Notes under the pieces: model-generated | The model's input: only the letters and a program-made list of their open reading frames with translations | What the model was told of the DNA's origin: nothing | Databases searched by the model: none | NCBI GenBank assembly: GCA_030704615.1 | Contig: CM060732.1 | Span: 79,732,001 to 79,796,000 of the forward strand | Direction: 5' to 3' | Length of the DNA: 64,000 nt | Origin: Takakia lepidozioides | Taxonomy: Eukaryota; Plantae; Bryophyta | Shown here: one piece after another, positions 49,801-61,656 of the stretch | Numbering within the stretch: position 1 is the first letter of the stretch | Layout of the letters: each line of letters begins with the position of its first letter | Position numbers and translations under genes: made by a program

Positions 49801-50866
49801 CAGGGTGCTTCAGACGACTACAGAGGGTGTTTCGTAGATCTTGGTTGTTGCTTGCAAGTGATTATGAAGTAGGCTGCATCACTACAGTGTGCTTGAAAGG
49901 ACACACACTCTGCATGTGGCATGCATGTACAGCACGGTGTTGGTCAGGGGGACTGAGTTGCAGCTTCTATTTGGTTTCTGCCAGAAAGTACGCAGCGGAG
50001 AAGGTCCGCCTGAAAACGGAACGGAGTGCATTTGCAAAAGCATGGCGGAGGGGCGGTCGTAGGCGCAGATCCCCGGTGGAGTACCCCACAACAGAGGAGC
50101 TGCAGCCCTTTACAGTGTGGGTCAGATCTGCAATTGCAGTGTACGCATCAGAGAACGAGGACCCAGATGAGGGCATGGTGAGTCTGTCATTCCCCCCAGG
50201 GCTGATTGCCACTTCGTACCGGTCAATGAAAGCATATGGCAATCACTATAGAGTGGACGATGCCAACACCAGCCTCCTGGTGACTTATGACAGCGGAGTG
50301 GCATCATTTTTTGAACAAGAGAGTAGGAGCTGTGCACGAGATCAGAATCCAATTTCATGCCATGTGCAATATGTAGGAGTGATCAAAGAGATCCTTAAAC
50401 TAGACTATGGTCTTGTGAAGCCAATTCTATTCCGTTGTTCTGGGGTAAAAGCCAATATGGTAGGAGAGAATGCCACCATGAAACGGGATGAGTACGGGTT
50501 CCTCCTTGCTGATTTCAGAAAAATGCTACCACAAGATGAAGAGCCATTCATCTTCCCATCGCAAGTTGAGCAAGTTTTCTTTTCAGATGACACCCATGCG
50601 CCGGGATGGAAGGTGGTTCTTCACAAGGACCCCGGGCCAAACGAGTCGTGGCCGACGTCCATGATCTGGACCTAGGGGAGAATGCCGACCACGAGGGTCT
50701 GAGGGAACCACGAAATCTACCAGATACGGCCGAACCAGTCTCTTTGGAAGGAGCAGTTACCTTTAATGAGGAAGACATTCCAGGGTTGGTAATTACCGCA
50801 AGGCAAATTGCAGATGTGGGTAGTGAAGGGGAAGATTATTTGGATATAGATAGTGAGCCCAGCTGA
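46805..50866 (+). pseudogene. CACTA TnpD transposase (Transposase_21 with DUF4218- and DUF4216-type domains), frameshifted, with introns
   Basis: Motifs CPCERC, KIHACP, RHFPLIPRL, RNVRLAVSTDGVNPY, YNLPPW, IDVYLQPLIEEL, HDFPAYG, DPMHCEKN, MKSHDLH, WMYPMER, RPEGSMAEGY and EPFIFPSQVEQVFF. Confidence 0.95.
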
Positions 50867-53439
50867 ATCTCAGTGTCCATTAAGCCAGCAGCTCATAGAC
50901 GAGAGCTATGCTAAGGACTCTTACTGTCCTTAGAACCCATTTTGTACAGTCCTGCAAGCGCGCAAGGGCGAGACAGTTAATAGTATCGATAATGTCCCGG
51001 TATGTGGTCTGTACTGTCTTGTGAACAAACCTTTTTTTGTTCTGCCAATATTGTTTCTGACATGTGAGGAGAGGATCGTCTTCATGTACGGGAAGTAGAC
51101 GTGAATGTGTGCATGCATTTTCTGGCCCAGCTGCATGCTTTCCAGGAACAAAGACCAGTGGAATGGGGGGTGTCTCCAAAGGAGCAGGACCGAACGACAC
51201 TTTTTGTGCTTCCCTTGCTTTCCTTCTCACCGTTGTTGCATTCTCCCACCTGCCCAACAGCACACTCTCGAAGCAATAGCATGACATATGTTGCAACATG
51301 GTCTTCTTCACCAGCGAATGAGCTTTTTTGCTACATGTACTGCCACGTCCACATTAACGTTGATCCCTGCAAGCACTTGGCAAGACACCCCAGAGCCGCA
51401 AATCCAGCAACCACCACAAACACATCTAACTGATTGTAGTGACACGAGAATAGCTCACTTGTAGAGGAATTGAACCTCCAGCCAAATGAATGGCTCTGCC
51501 CCTTGTAGCACAAGTGCGATGCAAAAACAAGGTGAGTACAAAATGAAGAAGCACTTACGAGGTCCCCATCCCTCGGATGGGCTCCCACTTGTGCTCTGGA
51601 ACTGTGCAGGCCTGACTAGCACCAAATTGCATGAATCCTAAGCCTGAATGTCAAATGCAGGTTTATGTCGCGATGCAGCACGCCATCATCTAGCTGTAGT
51701 TTCCAGTTTCACTGGTGTCACAACTGCCTTCAAGTCAACATCAAAATTAAGTCCACCTATGCGCAAATCGCAGAATGTCTCATGACACCATCTGCCGCCG
51801 CTGGTTTGGCATGATATGATTGTAGTTCACAACCTTAATGAACGCTTTCAGCCTTGACCTCTTTGCGATCTTCTTCTGTGACTGCTTCTTCATAAGTTAT
51901 GAAAGGGAAAAGCAGCTACACATCAAATTCTTGCAAGTACAGGGGGGTACTCAGGCCTCCTTGGGAGAAAGAGTGCCATAAACACAGACACATCCTTAAA
52001 TGTAAAAATTGGAGAAGCGAACGTCTGGTGGCAATAACTGCCTAAACCAGAATTATACTCCATTCCAGCGCACATGTAAAGGGTCGGATGATGACTCGGA
52101 ATCCCAGTTGGAGATAATGAGACGAATACATGACTATCTTGCGAGTTTCAACTTTCTTGGAGGTAGTTTCCAGTTTCTCTGGTGTCACAACTGCCTTCAA
52201 GCTGGGTTTAGAGGAATTAAGTCCCACTCGCAAATGCAGAATGTCTCCCTCATCTGCGTGGGCAAAATGGGGTTTGGCATGATATGATTGTAGTTCACAA
52301 CCAAAGGGCATATTCTTCAGCCTTGACGTCTTTGCGATCTTCTTCTGTGACGCCTTCTGCATAACTTGTGAAATGGAAAAGCAGCTACACATCAAATTAT
52401 TGCGATGCCACTCAATGGCACTATGAACGTTTCGAGCATGCTGTCAGAAAACTAGACGGGCAAAAACCCAATTCAGCAGCCTCACCTTGCGTGGATACTT
52501 GGGAATTGATGCCAGAAGGGCATGCCCGTATGCGCGCTCCATCGTGCCTCCATCCACCACATTCTGTAAATGATGAATGACCAAGACCCCGATGTCACAC
52601 CGTTCTGAGAAGCCACTACGCGCGCTCATAGTATACGAAGGCCTTGCCGTGTCAGGATTTCCATTCCCACGTCCCGCCATGTCCGACGCAGCACTTGCAT
52701 CCTTGTCTCTGCCAAGTGGAGGCAACACGTATTAAAATATCTATTCCCCCAAGGCCACATTTTGTTTACCTCTTTTTGTGAAAGCCACGTCAGCAAATGT
52801 GCTGCCGAGTCATGGGTGCAATGAATGCGCAGTGGTTCATGGAGTCGTTGAGTCGACTACATATTCAAACGGCTGATCCGAATGTCTTCAATTAATCTAT
52901 CTTCAAGAACACGATACTACGTGATATCATCATCTTCAAGAACACGATACTACGTGATATTGTCGTTGTGGAGCGAGTCTGGAGCACCTTAGAAATGTCT
53001 TGATAATTAGTGTAGTAGTTTCTAGTTGCTTAGAGGGTTTCACAATCAAGCGCATGTAGTGGTGGATCTAGTAATTTCAGCATTTGTAGTCGCATGTGCA
53101 GTAATCACAACCACTTGTAATTTTGGCTTTTTCAAATTTTATGTATTTACGCAATTCGTAAAATAGCCCGGAATTCTGCTACGACTCCGGAGTCGTTGAC
53201 CCCACTTCTGTCTGCCGTCTGAAATGCCCCCGTGGGCCCACATTGTCTGTTTCGACTCTCCAGTAGTCCCGTTTACTACCAAGTGGTTCCCGGAGTGGTC
53301 GCGGACATGAAGTCGAATCGGAAAAGACACGAATGCTTCCAGTGTCACGAATCGGTGATGATCGGTGTCGATCATGACAGATTCTTCTAGAGTGGAGCTG
53401 CAAAGAACATTGAAACTCATCATGAAAGCACAAGCAGAA

Positions 53440-56135
53440 GGGAGACGGCATACCAGCTGACCAGGGAAACCCCCTTTGACAAAATAGAGGCTGTTCACAC
53501 AATTCCATGTGCGCAAAACTTCAAACCCTGAAGACTTCAGGTATGATGCCAATGCCCAACGACTATCTTTGGCACATGACTGAAAAAGCAGAAGTGTCCC
53601 TGCACCAGAGAGGAAATTATTACAGAACCCGAACACCCAACTCCAGTAGTTGTCCTCGAATTTGTTCCAGCCTGACGTCTTGCCCTTTGGAAGAACTTCT
53701 AGCACAGCCTGGCCATCCGGGATGTCGAGAATGACAATGTCAGCCGCATATGTTTTCTGCACACCGCACACGAAGGTGGGACCAGTGCTCACTTGCAACA
53801 GACATGTTTATTTTAAGAACGATGGCAAGAATGTTTTCAAAGAACCAGACTGAAATACTGCCAATGAAACTTTCAGAGAAAAAAGAAAGAAACTGAAATT
53901 CTCACCAGATTGAGGAATGAGATTATGTTGTCCCAGGTAGGCGAAGGCACCCCAGTGTATCCGCTCTTTCGACTCTGCATCATTGCCAGCCAACCCTCAT
54001 TGACAATTTTAATCTCTCCTACCGAATCAGAACGGGAAGGGTGTGGCTTGGCATCGAACACGCACTGAACTGTGCGGGTATATCTTCCAGCAGTGAAGTC
54101 GTGCCCACTCTCCTTTTCCTTCTCCATCTCCTTTTTTTTCTCCTTCCCCTTGTCCTTTTCCTTCTCCTTCTCTTTGGACTTGTCTTTGTCCTTTGGCTTT
54201 GCTGGTGAGATGGCTATGACATCAGGAGCCTTGTCTTTTGGTTTGCGGCCCGCATTCTTTCCCTTCTGTGGCGTTCCCTGAGCATCAGGCTCCTTGGCAG
54301 CCAATGTTGCTATGTTTCTTTGGTACTGCTCGTCAGTCAGAGGCGCCAGCATCTCAACATTATTGTTCAAATATTTCATGTGTTGTTCTTGAAAGGTCGT
54401 GTGCTCCGGTGGGCAGTCAAGGTACCAGCCACAGTCTCTGAAGTGAGAATGACTCCAGTCCTTCAATATCCCTGCACTATACATGGTTGGATCGTTTGCA
54501 GGGTCCGACCACATGTCAAGATAGTCTGGAATACCGCTCAGGTGATTTCCTTCCATAAGCACATATTTCGTGTACCTGTTAAACAGGAGATAAATCCCAA
54601 CCCACCAAAGCGCGAAGTGAGTAAGATGCAAGTAGCACAGAATGAAAAAAACATGGAATGAAATGGCTCTGAGAACTACTCCAAGGAGCTCTTAGGACCA
54701 CGCGACAGTTCTGGCCGTGAATGTCGTCAACGCTATTCAAAAAATTCCATTCAATGATACTGCAAATACACCCTAATCCACGTGAATGCAAACTCTCGCT
54801 TTGGAACGACACAGACATAGAATTAACAAAATCATTGGATGGAAACTGAATGTCGGCAACGACATTCAAAAACTCGAGTAAGGAACCCTCCCTAAAAACT
54901 CAATGGACATTCAAAACGTACATAACACTAAGGACCTCATAATAACACTGGATGTGAATGGCGTCAACGCCATTCACAAAATTCCGAACAAGGAACCAAT
55001 AAATACACCCTAAGCTCCTAATCCATGTAAATTCAAATTGTCGCTGGTGAATGACACAGACATAGAAGTGAATGTCGTCAACGACATTCACTTTGGATCT
55101 CTGATAACACAGCTAATCAAGCCTCAAGATTTCTCGCAAGAGGCAAAAGCATTATAGAACAACTGAATGTCTGCATTGACATTCAGCAAACTGGAGTGAG
55201 GAACCCTCACTGTAAACTCTATGGACATTACAAAAACTTACATAACTCTGAGGACCTCTTAACAACTCTGGATGTGAATGTCATCAACGCCATTCAGGGA
55301 CATTATCAATTCTAATCAGGGACACTATAAATACACCCTAAGCTCCTAATCCAGGTGAATTCAAATTCTCGCTTAAGAATGACTCAGACAAAGAAGTGAA
55401 TGTCGTCAACGACATTCAATTTGGATCTATGATTACAATCCTTATGAAGCCAAATTATTTCCCAAAAAGTGCAGTAGAGTTTCCAGTATGATATTGCACC
55501 TGTACACAACTCGCATCATGGCCCACTCTCCTCCAACCTAACTGTCAAAGTCGCTGGACCGTAAAATGTTTCCATCTTTGGAGAACTCTCGGAAAAAACA
55601 GTATCTCCAGGTGAGACCTCTCCACTTCCTTATGTATGCCTCCAATGACATTTGGGGAGGGGAAACAATCGAAATGTTCAAGTCCTTCAAAGTCTGATCC
55701 AGCACAATGACGACGCGCTTTTCGAGCTGCAAATTGTATATTTGTCAATATTACAAATAAGATACCCATCACATAATTGAAGAAAAGAAAACGGCTTATT
55801 TGAATACACACCTGACTCCAAAATGTAGCCTTGTGGAGCCAGTTATCAAACACCAAATCACTGATTCCTTCCACCTTTGTGCCAGGCTGTATGGTGCTCT
55901 TTGGGAACTGATTCAAGTCCTTTACTGTCTGATCTGAGTTCCATATCTCCAGCCACCTTATTTTTGTTTGTGGGTCGACCATGGATATGGCCAGCCGGTG
56001 CAATTTCTCCTGCTGCATCTCCGGATGCACATGCTTGTCATAGTGAGATTTGATGTGCTGAAGGAACTCAGAACCAAGTCCAGGATCTACTATTCTAAGC
56101 TGCTTTCCGAAGGATCGAGGGTCCAGGAGTCCAAG
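53440..56135 (-). pseudogene. Multi-exon gene fragment with a C-terminal amino-methyltransferase-like segment
   Basis: Exons at ~55815-56135, 55540-55730, 53905-54572 and 53455-53790. ADIVILDIPDG...WN...WVFGFCNNFLSGAGTLLLF resembles the DPPY motif IV region of N6A/N4C DNA methyltransferases. Confidence 0.5.
54718..55418. repeat. Array of seven 22-bp palindromes, TGAATGTCG-TCAA-CGACATTCA, inside an intron
   Basis: Copies start at 54718, 54847, 54955, 55069, 55164, 55275 and 55397. Confidence 0.85.
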
Positions 56136-56459
56136 GTTGCATGGGGGGGTCAGCGAAAGGGGATCAATTATGGGATCAGTGATCAGGGACTTCGGACACT
56201 CAGGGTACCAGGGGATCAGGACAAGCACATGTTTGATCCGACAATGTGATTTTTATCGGCCTTTCATTGGCCATAGGAGGGGTCATGTATTCCCCTTTCA
56301 TTGCCTTCACCGGATCTGCATGAGGGGTTTCAGTCAAAGGGGATCAGGGGATCATGAGCAGGGAGCACTTATCACAGATTCATACTTGTATCTGATTTTG
56401 TGGTGGTCCTATTGTGGTGTTGTAGTGGCCTTGCTAATGCCGTTTTGTGGATGGTTCAG

Positions 56460-56724
56460 GCATACGTTCCCAGGGGTGCCGGTTTTCCTGTGCCTTTGGC
56501 ATGTTCAAAGGGCCTAGCTGAGGAATGCCATCGAGAAGATCAAGGATGCCTAGTTAAGGGCCGATGTCTTGCAAGGTATGGGTGACATCATGTACAATAA
56601 AGGTGGTCCCATTGGTGACTCTTCGCAGACCTGGGCTGTGTTTAGATTGTATGAGTTACAAACAAAGTATCCCGCATCTAAACTGTTCTTCTTGTATATC
56701 CACAAATCAACGACGCAATGGCGT
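56460..56724 (+). pseudogene. Next exon of the MULE transposase begun at 38700
   Basis: HTFPGVPVFLCLWHVQRA follows a ttcag acceptor; the CxxH motif normally comes directly after DxxxAEINAI. Confidence 0.7.
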
Positions 56725-57322
56725 GAGCATTGCGCGTGAGCGCGCGACCGTGCGCTCACGCCAGCTGACGTGGCGTGAGTCTGCACCCACGCTGACGTGG
56801 CGTGAGCGTCATATCAGCATGCTGATGTGGCGGCAAATGATGATGTGGCACTGTCCGTCATCTGCCATGTCAGCATTAACATGCGCCGCCTATAACCGAG
56901 GATGGTCCTATGACCGTGGAATTAATGTAGGGAATCTTGCCTAAATAGAATCAAGACTACCATGAGGCCTACAATTGTAGCATCCAACATTGTGCAATTA
57001 CAAATGCTTGTTTCACTTTTACAATTACGAGGACGAGAAAATATCCTCACAAAGTGTGTGTCATAGAGGCTGCCACGGGAAGACCTTCTTCCCTCCTCAA
57101 ATAACAATGAGAGTTAGGATCATCTTCAAAAGATGATTGTAGTGCATAGCGACAGCAAGACATGTAGACTTCGAATGGTGCAATGACAAATGTGCTTTTA
57201 AAAGTTGCCACTCAGAGCTCACTCAATATAGTTGGAGGCCATATCATTGCACCGCCAACGAAATGATGTGAATTACACATTTCAAATCATGGTCGTCCAC
57301 ATACCACATTGCATAGTTGATG

Positions 57323-60300
57323 CTACCCATGTGTTGTATCCCGCTGCAATAGAGTATCGACCTCATTGAAACTCATAGTGGCCTGGTGAATGAAGTTGTC
57401 ACGTTTGGGATCGCAAACCATCCTCTTCAAAAATATGAAATACAAATGTTTGCAGGGTATGAATTTACCTCTCTTGCCCAAACTGGTTGATAGCATATTC
57501 ACAAAATCAGGACATGTGCAATTGGGGAAGTCGTAGGTCCTGTCATGAACAGCAGATGTGGAAGTGATGATTGTGAATACCCGACCATATCCTGGATCGG
57601 GTACTTCCGTGGTGCTTCCAACACGAGCTTGGAGCATTCTTGCGGATTCCACTTTGCCAAAGTGTTCAGCGGTTGGAGGGAAACACCGAACGAGCTTTCC
57701 ATCTCGTTTGGTTGGCCACAAGTCACGATTTGCCGGGGGGACCCGGAAGGACGCAGAAGTAGTAGCACATGCATGGAGTTGGGGTTGTCTCGCAAGGGAA
57801 ATGCCTGCCTCCTCCAGCATTTCAATCTCCTAAAATGTGAGATGTGTTCCCACCTTCACGGGCCAAACGGTTGGAGGAGATGGCTTCATTACTACGGAGG
57901 GACGCATAGTTCCATGCACACATCTGGTACAATCATCTGCGCAGAACCAGAACTTGTGGTTCTTGGCTTCTGGTTGACCATATGGACGCATCAAACCCGT
58001 GAAAGTCGGAGCAGGAGTTCGGGCACCACCTCTGGATATAGATGAAGTGCACTTCTCGAAATTAGTTGCCCTGATCGCTGTACATTTCACACGAGACCCT
58101 GCACTTGTGCGTTCTATGTGCCAAACGTGGTCGGGGCATGCGGACTCAGGCACATCAAGGGGGTTGTTTCTCTCCTGCACCATTTCAGTGGCACTGTTTG
58201 ATGCTGGAGCTTGCCGTCGTGTTGGAGGTTCCTCCAGAATGGAAGTTCCGGACATGGAGCTGTCATGCAGGGGAACATGAGGCTTCGAGAAGTTATCATG
58301 GTCTGCCCTGTGCGAATCGGAATCCGAACCAGGTGGAGTGTTCAATTTCCTCTTACAGGAGCCGAATCTCTCATCCCCTTCAAGATGTGGAACTCTAGAA
58401 ACAAATGGCGTTCCCTGGGCATACATGCTCACCGCCCGTGCTATCTTGATTGGATCCCCAGATCTGTTTGCAGCACGCAACATCAACTCCCATTTGTCCG
58501 GACCCTTGCCACCAACCCCACCTCGCAAGAAATCACAGTATCGGGTTTGTTGTTGCAAGGCACGTATCAAATCATCTGTTGTTGCCATATACAAATCCCG
58601 ACCTCGTTTCCCAGACTGCTACAACCATGCGTTGTGCACAGTTTCTGCCAAATTGCAAGATTGCATGTCCACCATTTCCTCAATGGACATGTTCTGCAAA
58701 GTGGAGAACCACACTTCAAAACAGTGAACAGGAAACAACATAAAGAAAGCGAGGAGACAATAAAATGGAAAGTAAATGTATGAATAAAGCAAGAAATATA
58801 AGCCTCGTACCACTGCCATGGCTGCTCCCCACTGTCTATACCAGAAGTGCCAAAACGCCAGCCAATCTTCCAATGCTCTCATACTCTCAAGTGATGCAGC
58901 TCCAGAAGAGAACCACCAAGCACGAATTGTCTGGAACAAAGTGTCCGCCTCCTTCATTGTTCTAGCATCTTTGTACTCTTTGCACAATTTACAGTGCTGA
59001 GTCTGCATCATTGGTTTGATGTCCGACTTTGTATGTTTTTCCAGAGATTGTGTCCAATGGAATAGACATGTACGCTCTCTTCCTCGCATTGGCACTTTTG
59101 GGTCGCCCGATCCGAAGACAATACGAACAGCATTGAAATTTGCTTGAGCACTATCCGCCATGAAACCTGCAAAATTTGGAGATGGCAGCCCATGACACGT
59201 AATCAGGGAATTCCACATGAGCTTCTGGGATTCTGTATCCTCGGATTGCATGTCACAAACTGCAATTGTCATAACTCGTTGGTACACTGGATAGTAGACA
59301 TGACAAGCCATTGTCGTCCAATCATTCACTCGTTTCACATGATCAAACATAATAAAACAGTTCTGCAAGTCCCCAGTCTTCTGCATCCGCTTCACGAGGC
59401 TAACCCCACTGCCCTCCCCAACAGTCGACATTTTGAAAAGAAAACTTTGATGGCACCTTGACCTGGGAATACATTGTCCTGTATGTAATCGTACTTGCTC
59501 ATTCGTTTCAACTCCAAAATGTTGTCTATGTAGCCTCTGATACCAGAGCCCATTCTTAATGCATTGATCTGATGCCGAATGTTAGGTGAACTCAAAGTGG
59601 AGAAATGATCCATGACCAGGTCCAATGCTGCACCGTCAAGTTTAGTCCCCATAGAATCCCCTTCACTCAAAATATGGCTTTCCAAGAAGGACTTGATTGC
59701 GCCAAGAGCAATTGCAGATGTTGTTGCAGATGGGTTTCTCCCGAACTCCTGTTTAATCAACCTCGATACTGTCTCAACACTCTCCCTGTAATCCCCCTTT
59801 GAGATAGGATGGTTATGGAATCCAAAATGCTCACAAGCTCTTGTCATTGTTTTCAAACGGTGGACAACATAGTACATTATTGCTCCGCAGAGCGCCAAGC
59901 AGGATGGCACAAGTTTGCAGAATTTTGCAGACGAAAGTGTTTGCCGATGGTGAGGCAGTCCCAGGCTGAAATGGATTTTCCGCCAGACCCTCCCTTTCGC
60001 TTTGATTATGAACCCCAGACTGAAGAAAGTGTCTGAAATTCAAATTATCACACCTAAGGTGTCCATTGCAAACTGTTCTCCTGAAAACAAGCTTGTCATC
60101 ATTCTGAATATTGGATGTTTTTGTTTTGCACCACGGGTGCCCGTCGTGTTTCTTGTCCATTCCATGCATCATGATTGTTACACCTCCAACTCGCGGAGGA
60201 GGAGGCAGCTCGAATAGGATATCGCCATCAAAAGTCTCTGGCAAGAACTTCACAGGCACCTGCTTCAAAGATTCCCAATCAATTCCTCGCAACTCACTTT

Positions 60301-60649
60301 TGAATCCAGCCATTCCTCCCATCGCCCGTAGTTTTGGAATGACACTACAAATCTCTTCTTCATCAGCTACTCCAACCACAATAGGAATGACTGGATTTGG
60401 AATTTCACTTATGTCATCATCGGACGAATCCGAAAGCTCAACGATTGGAGGACGTCTGTTCTTTTTCACCACCACCTCCCTCTTGTCTTCAACGACCGAA
60501 GCAACAGTCCCGGGCGTCACATATGATCCAAGGGACTTTCGCCGAGGCTCCCCAAGTACTCTGTATCGACCAGGGCACACTCTCCACTGGCTGACATGAG
60601 CCGTCTCATCACGGTTTTGGAAAGAGTATTTCAACAACTTCCCTTTCAA
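57323..60649 (-). pseudogene. Mutator-type transposase with a GCM-like N-terminal zinc domain and a C-terminal SWIM finger, frameshifted
   Basis: WCKTKTSN...CNGHLRC...C-x2-C...TRACEHFGFHNHP; IMFDHVKR, FMADSAQANFNAV and CLFHW; SWIM CTCPDF...CKHLYF. Confidence 0.85.
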
Positions 60650-61656
60650 TTCTCCAAAAAGTTGGAGCCATTCTGAAGCTGAAAACGGGTAGCCAAGACA
60701 TGTTCCAGAACAATTGCAAATCCATTGTCAAGGACTTCCTGGGAGAACAGCACTGGTTTGTCGTCAGAGAAGAACTTCGCTTCAGAGGAAGTCATCTTCC
60801 TTCCTCGCGTACGTTGATATCTTGCTATCGCATACCTTCAGTGTAAATCGGTTTACTGATGTCTCCAGAACACAGTTGAAGAATGAACAGAGAATATGGC
60901 GGAGGAAGCTCAGATGACGATTGTGCATATGCTGTTATTCCTTCCAGATATGCAGCCATCCATTTTAATTACTTTCTTGTGGCCCCAGTGGTCAGAGTAT
61001 CCCTAGGAGCAATGTCTGCAGCTGTTAAACCGTTAATCAAAACCTCATCAATAAACACAATAACAAGCCGACTTCCTGGAAGCATGCCACAGGATCTGAG
61101 GGTGGGATTGCAGATTAAGTAAATGCATCTTTATACTACTACAAATGATCATGTGCACCTGGAAAGTTCAAAATGTGAAACGAACGTGGGGTTGGCTAAC
61201 AAGGATGAACGTGTATGATATCCCAAAATTTGTCATCAAACTCTCGTTCATTTACATATATTTGTCCAAGACTGTGCGCCAAGATTTCTGGGATTTGCTG
61301 TTATTTTTAAATATTGAAACTGTTCTAATAAAGAACACGCCGTTTATTTTGGGCGACACACGTCAGACATCGATAACTATATTGAATACGAACAGCTGTA
61401 CAGTAATTGCCGGCATGTGCACTAATAAGGGAATGACTATGTGTAACGGTCACGCAAGAGGGAATCCGATGCTTCTAGAGACAAGCAACAACGCACGCAA
61501 TCCCGCAAGAAATTGGGAGTCACTTTGTTTTTTCTACTTTTCGCGCTTAGAGGGAGAGTGGTAGTCAAGCTGGAGAGGGTTCCTTCTACAATACGAAAGA
61601 GAAGAAAGTCTCTTTATTTTACTTCCCTTAGAGAGAGACGCAAAGCAAGAGAGCAA

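Larger units (their letters stand above)
38959..53344. mobile_element. CACTA/EnSpm element, ~14.4 kb
   Basis: Left end CACTAGAAGCATTCGTGTCATTT; right end in reverse complement CACTGGAAGCATTCGTGTCTTTT. Contains TnpD-like and TnpA-like genes. The 3-bp flanks do not match (CTG vs TCA). Confidence 0.8.

Noticed and set aside
54718-55418. CRISPR array
   Set aside because: Eukaryotic intron context, spacers of 70-110 bp that are related to each other, and no cas genes.
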